From Vicugna vicugna (lineage: Eukaryota): DNA of 64,000 nucleotides. The stretch spans positions 310,001 to 374,000 of the forward strand of contig MU058463.1 of assembly GCA_013265495.1 (NCBI GenBank), read 5' to 3'. The notes under the pieces were generated by a model, which was not told where the DNA came from, did no database searches, and saw nothing but the letters and a program-made list of their open reading frames with translations. Below are positions 11,315 to 24,939 of this stretch, piece by piece; position 1 is the stretch's first letter, and every line of letters begins with the position of its first letter. A program made the translations under genes and the position numbers.

Positions 11315-12946
11315 CTACTTCACAAAGAAACATGTTTTAGAATTTACTTGTCCATATTGCTCAATCATAGTAGCTGGTGAGAACTGAAGAGAATTCAGAC
11401 TCGTAACCTAGTGAAGTTTTTCAAATAGTACATTAGATCATCCTGATGCATTAAAGTAGGAACTCATAAACAACACTTTGTGTGAGAATTTCTTACTAAG
11501 TGCATGACAGAATTTCTTGGTTTAAAATGTGACTTATTTGTGTTCTGCAGTAAATATTGGCTCTGAAAATAAATTTAGCATGCTAGTTGTTTTCTGCGTT
11601 AGTACCTTAGACTCTCCTAAACTCCAAGTGCAAATGCATGTAAATTAGGCAAATTATTCTTTCAAACTAATTGCCCAGAACACTTAACTAAGCCACCACA
11701 TAAAGTACCATGTGTTCATCTGTACCACAAAATACTTATATAATATATAAACATACTCTCTAAAACACTCGTCAGTTAATCTTTTTTTCACTTATCCAGT
11801 CATTTGTTCACTCATTTGTTTGATCTTTAATTCATTTAGCTGATGTAACTAGTGTTTATTCTACATACTTACGTTGCCAAAACAGAATATTCATTTTAAA
11901 AACATGGCTCACCAGATATTATATATACACTTTGAAAATTGTATACATGTATTACAAACTAATATAGGTTTTATACTATATATTTGCCTCTCTATATATA
12001 CTATACTATGTATACTTATATAACTACATATACTCTGTAACTATAAAGAGACAGAAACATATACAGAAACAGAGACAGAGAGACACAGATAGATGGAAAT
12101 GAGAATGCAGAGAAAAGCAGAGGGAGAGACAGAGAGGAGAAAATTTTCTCAAAGTGCATCCAGAATTTTTTTTAACACATCATAGCATTAATTCATCTGC
12201 AAGAAAAGCTCCAAAGGCTCCCACTGCAGCCGAGTCAACTCCAAAGTAATTGGCTAGTCGTATGACATGAGATCATCTTCTACCATTGTCTACCACTCCC
12301 ACTTCGTCACTTCTCTCCAGACTTAGTGATCTCCTTTTAGTGGATACTTGATAGTTCTCAACATGACACTCATGGTCACGGCCTTTGCACTTGTTGATTT
12401 CTGACAGAAATGGTACCACAGATAGATATCCAGCTACCAGACTTCCTGAGGATTCATCACTAACATATTAATTAAAGTAGATCCAAATGATCTCTCCTTT
12501 CCTTTTGATATGTTCTGTTTTCTTTTCTTTCCTTCTTGTCTCTCTGTCTTTTTTTTTTTTTTTTGCATCTCAACATGTAATAGGACACAGATACCAGTTC
12601 CAATTGGTAGGCAGTGTATAAGCAGAAGCTTTATTGCTGAATTATTACAGAAGAGTCAGTTTTGGGCTAATAAAGGAATCAGGCTTTCAGCTTTTGGCCT
12701 GGGGAATACTAACTCAAAGAAGCACAAGCAGGTGCCTCAGTGTCATATATCACATGAATAGTGAAATGCTATGAGTATTATATAAGACATAATTTTTCTG
12801 GCTAAACTGAACTATTTCCTGGATAAACTATTTTCTTGGAAAAGTTTGTGGCCTACCACTGACAATAGCTTTGGTTTGCATATTTTCCCACAAAGAGTGA
12901 TTATTAATTATCATTTATCATTGGATATGCATTATCTGAAAATTAC

Positions 12947-13325
12947 CTTGCTCTATTTACTCAGATTGGTTCAAAACTACGTGTTTGAAGGATTTTTCTG
13001 CGTGTCTGCAGATGCATGAACACTATACTTTATCATAAAAGAATACAATATTCAATGGGCTTTTTTTCCCTAGATCCCTGATAGGCCTCTGGGTTAAAGA
13101 CACAGGACCCAGTCTGTAGAGCTTATTGGTATAGCTTCACAGTAGTCTGAATTTTGATTATGTTGGTTTAACATACTTATTTGGATTAACAGGTGCATGG
13201 TATGTGGTAGATTATGTGTATTAATGCATAGTCTCCTGAGCTGCTAAGAGATAGTAAAGGGCTAGTTGGTTTTAGTGAACATTTTCTATTAGGTTTTCTA
13301 TTTCTTTAAAAGGACATCATAACGT
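12947..13325 (-). pseudogene. Exon relic, DUF3715-like second half
   Basis: ccttcattctactacag|...caag|gtaatt. Frameshifted pieces SSGDYALIHII and LNIVFFYDKS vs GDVVIFKIM and QYYFYEY. Ends in phase 2, matching the next exon. Confidence 0.5.
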
Positions 13326-13409
13326 CTGTAGTAGAATGAAGGTAATTATTATACACTCTTTGAAGTAAACTGGAGTGCTGCCTTCAATTTACTTATCTTT
13401 AAGACTGCT

Positions 13410-14340
13410 GTCAGAATTAATCAAAATTAATATACAGAAATCTGTTGCATTTTTGTGAATGAACTGAACATTGTGGGTGAGAATGTAAAATGTACCACCA
13501 CTCTGAAACAGTTTAGCAGTTTCTTATAAACTGAACATACACTTATCATATAATTCAATATTTACATTCTTGGTACTTATTCCAGAAATATGAAAAATCA
13601 CGTTTATACAAAAACCTGTCCATAAATGTTCATAGCAGTTCTATTTTTAACAGGCAAAAACTGGAAACAACCCAGCTGTCTTTTAATGGTTGAATGGTTA
13701 AACAAACATGGTAAATCCATACATACTATAGAATACTATTCATTCAAGAAAAAGAAAAAGAAAAAACAAAAAAGAAAACACAATTGATACATTCAAAAAT
13801 TTAGATCAATTGTTAAGATAATTATAATAAGTGAAAAAAGGCAACTAGAAAAGGGCACATTCTGTATGATTCCATTTATATAATATTCTTGGGATGACCA
13901 AAAGATGGATATGTAAAACAAGTTATAGTGATTAGTGGTTACCAGATGTTAGGGACAGATGATTGTGAGGTGGGTGTACTGTGTGTGGTTATAAAAGTTC
14001 TACAGGAGGGATCTTTGTGGTGAAAGAACTCTTCTATGTCTTGACTGTGATGGTGGATACATAAAGCTACAAATGGGATAAAACTTTATAAAACTAAATA
14101 CACACCCACACATACACATACAAATGAGTACATGTATACCAGCTGTGATGCTAAATTTAATTTTGCAAGATGGTACCACTGGAAATCCCTCCAAAAAAGC
14201 TTAATTAAAAAAAAATTATTTAAAAAAAAAGATGCTAACATTGGAGAAACAAGATGATGGTATATGAGATCATCCTATATTATTTCTTACAACTACATGT
14301 AAATTTATACTTATTTCTACAAAATCCAATCATAAATTTC
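13410..14340 (+). mobile_element. L1MC1/2-like 3' end
   Basis: gagggatctttgtggtga...tatttcttacaactacatgt 3' UTR motifs. Confidence 0.75.
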
Positions 14341-14699
14341 AGCTGGAAAACTCAAAGAAAAAAAATCTTCAAAAACTTACATCATAGCAAAGGGCTTTAC
14401 TCCTTAATAGGCACAGATCTTTTACAAATTTTTAAGGAAAGAGTCCACAAGTTAACAAAATATGACTAAAGGATATGAATAGATAATTCACAAGAAAAGA
14501 AGATGTATTCTTTTGAACCTATAGAAATATTAAGCTCATTTGTAACCAAATGAATAAAATATTCTAGGGTACACACTAAAACGATTTTACTCAATGTACA
14601 CAGAAAGAAATGGAAAAGTTAATGTTAATAATAAAAATAAATATTATTACTACTAAGGAGACAGGAAAGGAAAAATAAAATAACAAAATCATATTGAAA

Positions 14700-15089
14700 A
14701 ATAGAAAACAATTAACAGGAGGATAATAGACTTAAATATAAGTCTATTAGAAAATATATTAAATGTAAATTTTCTAAACTCTTCATAAAATACATAAATT
14801 AACAGACTGGATTAATGAAAAAATAAAATGCACATTATTTATAAAACACCCATATAACATTTTAGGAAACAGAAAAATTGAAAATAAATATATATGAAAA
14901 GATTTGTCATACAAACATTAACCAAAAGGAAGCAGAGATGGCTATCTTAATATCAGACAAGATACGATTTAAGGCAACAAATACAGATGATAGATATATT
15001 ATTATGATTTAAAATATTACTTCTACAAGAAGATGTAAAAAGCCCAAATCATAAACACTTAATAAGAGCCTTTCCTCCCACTCCAAAAA

Positions 15090-15120
<31 letters not shown>

Positions 15121-16160
15121 ACTAAATGCTAAAGCAGAAAAATCCACAGTCAAGTTTGGAATAGAACTTTCTTAAAACTGATAAAATAAGCAAACAAATA
15201 AATCATTAAAAACATAGACATTTAAATAGCACGGTTAAGTGTTAATGTATTTAAGATATGTGGAACACAATATCCAACCTCTGTAAAATACAACCTTTTC
15301 AAGTGCATGTTGATATTACCATGCTCCACTGCAGGGAGCCGCTCGTGACAGAGGGCTGCCGAGCACAAAACTTGGGCGTAAAACCCCAAAGTGCAGGGCG
15401 CCAGGCTCTGAGATTGAGGCTGCCGAGCACAAAGGTTGGGCCTAAACTCCACAGAGCGCCCGGCTCAAAGGTCAATTGAGTTAGAACAATCTCTGTCCCG
15501 CCACCTCTTTTACTAAAGAATGCACCAGGTGCGCTAATGCCTGAGGAAACATCTTTGAGCTATTAAGTCACAAAAGACCTTCGGAGGGAGAGATACAATT
15601 GGCACACAAATCAGTGATCCTTTTAGAGAACAATCACCTGAGTTGAATGTATCACCTGAGTTGAATGTATACGAGTCACGAGGTTAGGCTTTATTGCCTA
15701 CGTGCAGGAATGTATGAGCTAATGGGTTAAAATCATATAAAAGAACCACCTGAAATAAACTCGAGGTCCACTCTTGACCTAGCGTCTTGCGGGCTAGAGT
15801 GAGACCCTCTCAACCCCACCTTTTAGTCTTGTCTTGCTGTCTTTTTGTTACGTCTTTCCTTTTCTCAGTCCTGCAGCACAGGTTTCTGGACCTGATTGAT
15901 TGTCGGCTGGTTCCGACACTCCACTAGAAAATGGACTCACCAATATCAAAACTTTGAAATCACTTGTACATGTTCTTAATAGGTGGAATCAAACCAGAAC
16001 ACAACATTAGAAAGCTAACTGGAAAATCTCCAAATGTAGGGAAATTGAGCCATAAATTTCTACAATCCATGGATCAAAGAAGAAACCAAACACGAGTGAG
16101 AAAATATTTTCAGTGGAATTATTATGCAAATCAACATGTTAAATATTGTGGAATATAGAT
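14700..16160 (+). mobile_element. Old L1 ORF2 endonuclease region, interrupted by an LTR
   Basis: aaccaaaaggaagcagagatggctatcttaatatcagacaa; resumes after 15924. Confidence 0.7.
15330..15918 (+). mobile_element. Young solo LTR, probably ERV2/betaretrovirus-like
   Basis: TG...CA, perfect 6-bp TSD CTCCAC (15324-15329, 15919-15924), TATA ~15736, AATAAA 15754-15759, CpG-rich. Confidence 0.9.
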
Positions 16161-16169
16161 AATTCATGG

Positions 16170-17250
16170 CTAGCAGATTAGTTTTTAATAGCAAAGAATG
16201 AGAACCAATTCAAGCATTATTCATAAAAGAGATACATTGTGGCATTCATACAATGGGATACCACAACAACAGAAATGAATGGAAAATGTTTATACACATT
16301 ATCATGAATAAATATCATATACATCATAACACTAATGCCATTATATTCATATTATACTCATATTGATTACAAAATGAGGAAAACCAATTTGATGGTAGAA
16401 GTCAGAATAGTGGTTATCCTTAGGTGTAAGCTGCCTGGAGGGTTGAATCAGGGAACCTTCCAGAATGCTGGTAATGCTTTCTATCTTGCCAGGGATGGTG
16501 TTCACATAGTGAACATATGCAGAAATTCAATTCATACATATATTTGTAAAAGGTCAACAAGCTGTACACTTTAGATTTATGTATTTTACAATATGTAAAT
16601 TCGACCTCAATAAAAACATGAAACAAATTACTCTTTCATCAAATATGCTATCCATCCTCTTGACAAAAGCCAATACTGATAACACACTCTTTTTGTGAGA
16701 CCAAGGAAACAATAAATCTGATATATAACTGCTGAGTGTACACTGGCACAAACTTCCTAGAAAGGAAATTGGCAGTATATATCAAAATTTTACACATGTA
16801 TATGTAGTTTTTCCCGGTGATTCTATGTCTGGGGATTTATCTTATGGATATTCCTACACATGTCAAATGATATATGTACTAGTTTATTAATTTTAGCTTT
16901 GAAACAGCAAAATATTGTAAGCAACAGAAATAACCAACTATGAAGAACTAATTAAATAAATCATAGTATATCCACAAATGTAATCATGTGCACTATAAAA
17001 GATAAAGGATGAGGAAACACTATGGAAGATACTGAATTTTCTCTAAATTAAACTGTTAGTCAAAATACTATATGGGAAACAGAATGCAAGTCTTACCTTT
17101 TATAATAATAAAAAAGTGAGCATAATTTATTTCTATATTTGCTTTCACAAATATTAACACAGCAAGAATATAAAATAATTTATTATCACTGAAGGGGAGC
17201 ATTTAAATTCATAGCTTATTTTTAGTCATGTAAGTACATTCTTTATTCAA
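16170..17250 (+). mobile_element. L1ME/MD-like 3' fragments
   Basis: gatggtagaagtcagaatagtggtta, gctgtacacttagattt motifs. Confidence 0.6.
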
Positions 17251-17489
17251 ATATATTTTAAACAAAAACACAGGAAACTGTCCAGGACACACATACTAGT
17301 TTTAAATATAGAAAAAATATAGTAAAAAGCCCAGCTATAGTATGTGGTGGCAACAATGTGGCCAAAGGAGACATCTTCACTTAGCATGGATGCAATCAAT
17401 AATTTTTTCCTTTAGAGTCTCCAAAACATCTTCACATTTTTTTCATCATAATAATGGTTTATACTAAACAATATGAAAGAATAATTTAT

Positions 17490-17856
17490 ATCAAACCTGA
17501 TATGAAAATATTTAACATTACTGATGTATTTAAAAGAGAAGGGGTCTGCAGACTGGGTGTGGTATACATTAGTTTGCTATCCCGTCTTGTAGTCTTAATG
17601 TTAGATTTTGTGGGTATCTTCCTCCCCAACTCTTTAGATGATTAATCAGGGAGCTGCATCCATTAAGTAGTTTGTGCCCTGCGCTCGTTGGTAGCAGGAG
17701 TTGAAACCAACCATTTTCTGCTCTCCAAGCTTTGTACCTCTGGTAGCTTTGGCAATGCCGTTTTCTTCACACAAAGCTGCCATCTGCTTGGTAATCAAGA
17801 CTTACTTTTTCAAAAGGCTATTTCAGTATAGTTTAGCATATTGGAAGTTCAATATT
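17490..17856 (-). pseudogene. Possible exon relic, DUF3715 copy 4 first part
   Basis: One frame: ILNFQYAKLY*NSLLKK*VLITKQMAALCEENGIAKATRGTKLGEQKM. C,E,T,LG,M have the same spacing as TASOR CEKGLHVGQSKITILGSPSM. Boundaries uncertain. Confidence 0.45.
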
Positions 17857-18272
17857 TGAAAATAGACACAGGATGTTAGATAAAGATTACAAAATAGAAT
17901 TAGTTCTATACTTATTTTTTAATTATTTGTATTGAGGTATAATATACAAAAGTACACAAACCTTGAGTGTACAGGAAGAGAGACAAAGTCTACTTAACCA
18001 CCACCCAAATCAAAATACTGAAAATCCTCATCATCCCAAAAGATCTTTCATGTCCTTTTCAAGTCAAGCCTTATTACACGAGTAACCATATTCTGATTTG
18101 TATCACATCACTGAACTTATCACCCCTTTTCTCAAGAGACAGCTACTCTTTGAGGGTTTTATCTATAATAATTTCAGAAAAGCAGACAGAGATATCAAAA
18201 ACAGTGAGAAAGAGCCTTCTGGTTTCTGCATAGACATGAGAAAAAAAGAAAAGAGAGAAGCTCACCTCCTTA

Positions 18273-18276
<4 letters not shown>

Positions 18277-18326
<50 letters not shown>
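18277..18326. repeat. (CA)25 microsatellite
   Basis: Perfect dinucleotide run. Confidence 0.98.
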
Positions 18327-18328
<2 letters not shown>

Positions 18329-18659
18329 GGACAGGCATCAAGTGACTTTTTTATGAAATCCATCAGAGTGAGTTCACAGGGCAGTCACCCCAAAATCAGG
18401 AGAAAGACAGACACTGGCAGGGATACATATGACCTAAGAATTTACTTTCCTGGATAGAAGACTGTCAGACTTGAACTAGAAATTATGAGAAATTGCTGGA
18501 GGCTTAGGGTAGGCTAGAGAAAGGGTGAGAAACTACCGGGAGATGTAGTAATAAGAGGATTGCCAGCCTTTCACAGGAGCAGGGCAAGGGACATTTAAAA
18601 AAAAAGCAGGCATTTATTGGAAATGTACAAAATATAAGCAACTCAAGTCTGCTAATTCA

Positions 18660-19314
18660 CTCCTGCATATATACTTACCAAACAACTCAGCTATCTTGCT
18701 GTTAGGTATTGATCAAAAAGATTTAAAAATTTATAACCACATAAAAGCCTGCATGTGAATGCTTATAGGAGCTTTATTCCTAATCATCAAAACTGGAAGC
18801 AACTGAGGTATCCTTATATAAATGTCCTTTGAATTGATAATAAAACTAGTACATCTCTAAAATGACATATTATCCATTGATAGTGGAGCAAGCTATATGA
18901 TTTATATAAAAACGTGGATGAAACTTAAGTGCATTTTTGTTAAGTGAAGCACAACAGACTCAAAAATGCTATATATTGGAAAATTCTATTTGTATGGCAT
19001 TACAGAAGTCAATGTTGTATGGATAGAAAACACATCCATGGTTGCCAGGGATATGGGAGCAAAGAGGTGTCGACTACAAAGAGGCCACCAGGATTTTCCT
19101 TAGAGTGATGAAGTATGATATCTGGTTTATGAATACTGACTTCATTCATTTGCCAAAACCCATACAGAGTGAACTTTTCTTGAATGCAGTAAAAAAAATC
19201 AACTAGAATATTGGATAGCCCAGAACAGAATGAAAACGATGACAAAATAATAAAACACAATAGTTAATAACATAACCTCACAGAATGGTGTGGGGGGAAA
19301 TGGAGCTGACCTAA
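18660..19314 (+). mobile_element. L1MC3/MD-like 3' fragment, followed by a short MLT1 piece (19315-19420)
   Basis: aactggaagcaac...catttgccaaaacccata...ggagctgacctaa. Confidence 0.7.
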
Positions 19315-19705
19315 TGCTATTAATGTAATGTTTATGTCTCCCCAAATTCTTACGTTGACACCCTATTCCTCAATGTGATGATATGTTAAGCTGAACCCTG
19401 ATAATTAGGTTTAGCTAAGTACTTGATTATAAAATCTATTTTGAGTACTCCTATAGATCTTTCTCATGTTTGGAAATCTGTGTTTTTTCTCAGGATAGAA
19501 ATTTTATAGCAACCCCCTCCCCTTTAGCTTTTAAGTAATACTAAGATGTATGATAAATTTAATAAGTCAAAATAAATTTTTATTTGTATAAAGTATAAGA
19601 TATAGTCCTGAAACTTCAAAGGATCGCTAAACTATACTCAAGAAAAAAAAGTATACAGAAAGTATGGTATCCAAAACAATAAAATTTTGGTAAAGCATTT
19701 TTTTA

Positions 19706-19848
19706 CCTATATTACTTTGTAATACTCTAAAGTAATGATCATTTTAATTCATTTAAAGGCTGTTACTTGAATTTCTCATTTAGAATAAAAATCCTTCTAT
19801 CAATTATTTCCCTAAAGCTTTATGTTTTTCAAACTTTATTTGTCCATT
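19706..19848 (-). pseudogene. Possible exon relic between DUF3715 copies 3 and 4
   Basis: Pyrimidine tract ending TGG (mutated AG?), phase 2 NGQIKFEKHKALGK*, donor tag|gtaaaa. Confidence 0.3.
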
Positions 19849-20036
19849 ACCAAAAGAGTAATAAGAAATTGTGGAAGAATAGCTATCTACTGGGAAAAAG
19901 AAATTGTGAAAGGTTGAAAAATAATTTTAAGCTGTTAATGGAGTTCTCTTATAAGGAGTGCATAGAAAGGTAGATATAAAGTGCTTCATAGCCTATAAAT
20001 GTTCAATATTCATTTACCATTATGATTCCTATTAAC

Positions 20037-20425
20037 CTGTCAGTGTCACCACTCCTAATGGAGTTTGCAATGATATTTCTTAACTTGTACACATAAAAAT
20101 CTTGGAAAGTTTCATCTAATCTAATTCCAGAGAAATTTCTAAAATATTATTACTGGTGATTTTTGCAATAATGTAGTAATGTAAGTGCTCATAATAAATG
20201 AAATTTCAGTGCAATCACTTGTAGCTTCATTCCCTCTCACTGGAAGGAGGGAATGGGTATAATAATTTCTATGGGTAACAATATCCAAGGATATATAATA
20301 TCTAAGGGAAATACTATCATTTTCTGTGTATTTTTAACATTAAAATAGATGTATTCCCTCATTATATGTTTTAGCACATACGTATACACAATGCAGGCTA
20401 TACCATGCATTCTTCTAATACGTAT
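20037..20425 (-). pseudogene. Exon relic, DUF3715 copy 3
   Basis: ttgatttctcaacag|...acag|gttaat, phase 0-2: IRIRRMHGIACIVYTYVLKHIMRE...SFQ*EGMKL...DFYVYKLRNIIANSI vs TASOR RACLVHNELLEKEF...CEKGLHV...DVVIFKIMKGKIKSI. Confidence 0.6.
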
Positions 20426-20716
20426 CTGTTGAGAAATCAAGCACTAGCAGAGAATCTCTTCCTGCACTACAGAGTACAGAATGAACAAAATGGATAAAAC
20501 TTCCCCACCATGCACTCATATTCTAGCGAACAAAGAAGTAAAAACACAAAACAGTAAGTATAAGTGCTAATGAGAAAAGTAAAGCAGAAAATGAAGTTTA
20601 AAAATGCATTAAAGTCAATAGGGGTTTAATTTTTTTCCTAGAACTTTTCTAACAAAGAAGGGATGAATTTCTTCCCACGATTTAGATAAAAATTGTAATG
20701 ATTGATTTTGTTTTAC

Positions 20717-21030
20717 CTTGTTTAGTTCACTTGCTTAAACCTTGGACCAATGCAGACTTGTCATGTGCCCAGGAAACCAAGGAAAACAGGGTATTAGTAA
20801 ACACTACCCCTACCTCAAGTGGATAGTTGTTTTTTTTTTTAATTTTATAATTTTCTTTAAAGTTATTACATTTATTTTATCATTCTTAATTTTTTTCCTT
20901 ATTTAATTTCACTGAAAAATATTTTGTAATGTCTTTTAATTCCTTTGCAGATTTAATCTTTTCTTTTTTATAGTTTTTAAAAAATCCAGTTGCTCTCTTT
21001 CATTATTGCATTTAATAATTAAAACATTCA
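20717..21030 (-). pseudogene. Possible exon relic preceding DUF3715 copy 3
   Basis: caag|gtaaaa donor at 20716. A-rich broken frame ending TLFSLVSWAHDKSALVQGLSK*TKQ. Acceptor not identified. Confidence 0.3.
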
Positions 21031-21169
21031 AATTTAGACACAAGCCTATGGCTTAAGTACAATTTTACTTTTTTCTACTATGGATTATTTTTTAAATACA
21101 GAGTAACTTTTTGATTATTAAAGAAATTGATTGAATTAGAGATCTCCATTAATCAGTCATCTTTGTATT

Positions 21170-22065
21170 CTTTGCTACCTTAGCTGCACTCATCTTCTTT
21201 ATGCTGGAATATGTATAACTTGTCCTTCACACTTGCTGTTTCTTTAATTCATAATAATCTTCTCCCAATGTATTAGCTTCTGCGGGCTGCTGTAGCAAAG
21301 TACCACAAACTGGATGGCTTATCACAGCAAAAATTTATTGTCTCTTAGTTCTAAAGGTTAGAAGTCCAAAACCACAGTGTCAGCAGGTCCAGACTCTCAT
21401 TGAAACCTGTCCAGGGGCATCCTTCCTTGCCTTTCTTAGCTCCTGGTGGTTTGCCATCAATCCTTGGGGTTCCTTGTCTTGGAGCTGCAGCACTTCAATC
21501 TCTGCCTTTATTGTCACAAGGCATGACATTCTCACCTCCTGTGTCTCTGCCTTCTCTTCTCAAAAGAATACCATTCGTATTAGATTAAGGCTCATCCTAA
21601 TGATCTCATCTTCATTCAATCACATCTGCAAAGACCTTACTTCCAAATAAGGTCACATTCACAGGTTTTGGGGGTTAGAATTTCAACATATCTTTTCGGG
21701 GAACAAAATTCAACCCATAAAACTCAAGCATGGGCATGAATTCCTCTTTTATATCCTTCAGTCTCTATTCAAATTTTACATCATCACAGTGGTCATTCCT
21801 AATCATCCCTAACAAAATAATAATCCCCTACATTCTATGCCTTCAGTCTTGTCTATTTTTTCTAGAGCATTTATCCTTAACTACAGAATATTTATTTCTG
21901 ATTCTGCTTATTATACTATTTTCTGTCTACTGCCATTGAATAGTGAGTTTCATGGGATAAACATATTGCCAGTTTTATTGACTCTCCTGTCCCCAGCAAC
22001 CAGAGCAATGCCTGTAAAACAGTAGGTGGTCAAGATATATTTATGGAATTACTGAATGAATGAAA
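21170..22065 (+). mobile_element. L2a 3' end split by MLT1C
   Basis: agcaatgcctgtaaaacagtaggtggtcaagatatattt...tgaatgaatgaa tail. Confidence 0.7.
21269..21720 (-). mobile_element. MaLR LTR MLT1C-like
   Basis: tgtattagcttc...gctgctgtagcaaagtaccacaaactgg...aaattcaacccataa. Confidence 0.85.
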
Positions 22066-22407
22066 CTAGATTAAGAGGAACTTGCTTACTGATTTATTCA
22101 TATGCCTCCTTGTAGTTTCAATCTAATCTTCATAATAAAGCTATATGAATTAGACCTTCAATACAGTAATACTTATTAAAAGAATGAAAAAGACACTATT
22201 TTAGTAATTTACTATGTTGAATAATATTAAAAATATTTCAGTTGGTCTCTGATTAGGAGAAAAGTTGACCTACTATTTTTCTCCAGAGTTCTTTTGTAGA
22301 TGAAATAGCTTAGCATTCAACCATTTTTTTTTTCTCATGGGTTTGTTTTACATAATACCAACTTTTTAAAAAATCCTTTCTTAATTTCAATTTATTCTTT
22401 GGAATTT

Positions 22408-22584
22408 TTATTTTTGTTTTGACAGATTGGCTTCTTCTCTTTGGATCACTGGGTACAGTGCTATTTTAGTCATGTTTCCTTTTTGTAGTGATGATGAAAA
22501 CCAAATTTGTTGGAAAAAGCAGAGCAAATACACTTGACTTACCATGCACTGTATTTTATTTGCTACAGCTAAATAGCGTTCTTT
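22408..22584 (-). pseudogene. Exon relic, second half of SPOC-like copy 1 (3' boundary uncertain)
   Basis: ttttaattttgttttag| phase 0, 58 open codons: KERYLAVANKIQCMVSQVYLLCFFQQIW...IALYPVI vs TASOR REKLVLVKPLGDRGYLFLL...LHALFLF. Confidence 0.65.
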
Positions 22585-23289
22585 CTAAAACAAAATTAAA
22601 ATGTTGGACTAAAATATGTAGAAATCTGCATTTGATGTTATAAATTAAAAATCAAGCAGGACATTTGCAGTGCATTTAAGTAATTTATTAGTTAGGCATA
22701 ATTGTAAACTGGACATTAAGGGAAATTATTTCTTAATGAGCAGCGTAATAGGTGGGTAAATATAAATTAGAGTCACATGGTTTTTTACATGTTACTTGAA
22801 CCTTTTGTAAATATTTGCCTTCTTGAAAATGAGTGGCTTTTCGTTACTCTTCTTTTTCTTTTTCCTATACAAGTTTTTTCAGTGTATAGTCTTATACCAA
22901 TACTTTTCTCAGAGTAGGACTCAATCAAATTTACTGCAGATGTTCAAATTTTTCTTGTTCATCATTATAATTTCATGAGTCCTAAAATATGTTTCATTGT
23001 GAAAGCAATTGTATAATTTATTAGGAAACATGTATTTTTTAATTCTTACATTGTGCAGAATTAACTTCATTGTTAATTACTACGCACAGAAAATTTCAAG
23101 AAAAATAGGAGCTATGAAAGTTCTTATGTGTGTGTGTGTATATACAGATACATATATATTTCAAATCAACTGTTTTACTCCACTTTATTATATCTCTCAA
23201 TTTGAGAGACAACATTAAATGAAAGTGTGCAGAGTGGGATTAATTTCTTCTTGCCAAATGATGCTGGCATATGGCAATAGTGTTTATAA

Positions 23290-23680
23290 TTCACATTTCT
23301 GGGGTCATCTAGAAGTCAGCAAAACAGCTTTGCTGACCTTGGCTGAGTTAGTTTACACACAGGGATTTGGCCAGCTGTCTGCTGACTTAGGATAGCCTCA
23401 CTTGGGACTACCGAAGTGGGTCACCACTAGCCCACATGTCTCATCTGCTAGCAAGCTAACCCAGGAATGTTCCTATGATAATGGCAGAGCTGCAAAAAAG
23501 AGCAAATTCAATGGCACATGTGCTTTTATAAGCCTTTACCTGTGTCACATCACTAAAAATCATGGCAAAGCAAGTCAAAGCTCAAAGCAGTCATTAAGTA
23601 GAGTGGGAAGGGACTTCAAAGCCATATGGCAAGGGGACTCATGAAGAATTAGGTACACTTTTGCAATCTTCTGCAACACA
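23290..23680 (-). mobile_element. MaLR LTR MLT1H-like
   Basis: catgtctcatctgctagcaagctaacccagg, ggcaaagcaagtca motifs. Confidence 0.6.
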
Positions 23681-23929
23681 TTTGTCCCACAAAACTTAAT
23701 TATGACTGCTAGCTGATAGACAGTATCAATAAGGTTATGGATTTCTGGTAGAATTGAGTTTCTCAGATAATACAAGCAAGAGTTTCTTTTCATTGTTTTT
23801 TGCTTGTTTTGTGTTTTGTCTTTCCATAATGAAGGGGAAAATATCTGTTGGTATCTCCAAATATCATTGATACTCATTAAATTATATTAATATTAAAAGT
23901 AAATTAAATTAATATGCTTTAAAAGTATA

Positions 23930-24152
23930 TTAATTATTAGGCCAGCTACAGAATCTTGTTATTTAATACATTAACCAGGACAAACTTATAATAAAATATA
24001 ACAAGTTTACTTGACAAAAATGTAACTTTGTTGCAATATAATTTATTTCCTTTGTAATCTTATGCACTTCTTACATTTCAAAACACCACTCTGAGTATGA
24101 ATCCACAATTTAAAAAGTGAATTTATGGACTAATGAAAGTTCAGAAACTGTA
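23930..24152. mobile_element. hAT-Charlie end fragment
   Basis: ctttgtaatcttatg...ctgagtatgaatccac...gttcagaaactg resembles a Charlie terminus. Confidence 0.45.
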
Positions 24153-24939
24153 CTATACAGAGTTTGAGTGCGACAGGCTGGTAACTCTATCTTCATTTCC
24201 TTCTTGACAAATCATAAAAGTAATTTATAATGTTGTGTGTTATCAAGATACTTTACATCTAACTAAAATTATTGAATGCTGATTCAGTAATTGGTTCTCT
24301 CTTCTTCTCATATCTCTTACCTTAATAATTGAGTATTAGTTACTAAATTTTAATATAGTAATTATACCAACTAGGCATCTTAAGTGTGTCAGTCTCCATT
24401 GTTAATCCTTCCACTTATTCAACAAGCATATCTTGAGCACCTCTACTACAGCCAAGCACTAAATTATAAATTAGAGATTAAATGATAACTAAGACATAGG
24501 ACCTGGTTTCTGGTATCTAACAATTTAGTATTGAAAATGACAGGGAAACACATAATTAAGATACTGCTTTACACATGCTATAATAAACATGACCTCACGA
24601 TGCTAGAAGGTGTTCTCAACTAATTATGATGCAAAAGTGTAGGGTTAATCAAAATTGCATGCTTCTATGACTTTGTAGTCATTTCTTCTGTCTATGATAA
24701 CATTTCTTACTACCTGTTAGAGTGATACTAATTATTAAAACTTAGTTTAGATGTCATCTATATGATGCCTTTCCTCTTTGCGATCTCACAAGATTTTGTT
24801 CATTATTCTATTTATCATTTCATTTATTCACTAGTGTTACCTCTAACATGACTGTGAAGGAAGTTTGTGAGGTAAAGATCTTAGTTTTTCTTGTTTGCGT
24901 TCTTAATACTAACTCAGTATTGGTAAATCCTTAGAGGTA

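Noticed and set aside
18098..18457. 119-aa ORF with a TH repeat
   Set aside because: Created by the (CA)n microsatellite.
22543..22584. 42-nt micro-exon KERYLAVANKIQCM ending at a consensus gtaagt
   Set aside because: The frame stays open 44 more codons and continues the SPOC-like match, so a longer exon is preferred; the donor may be incidental.
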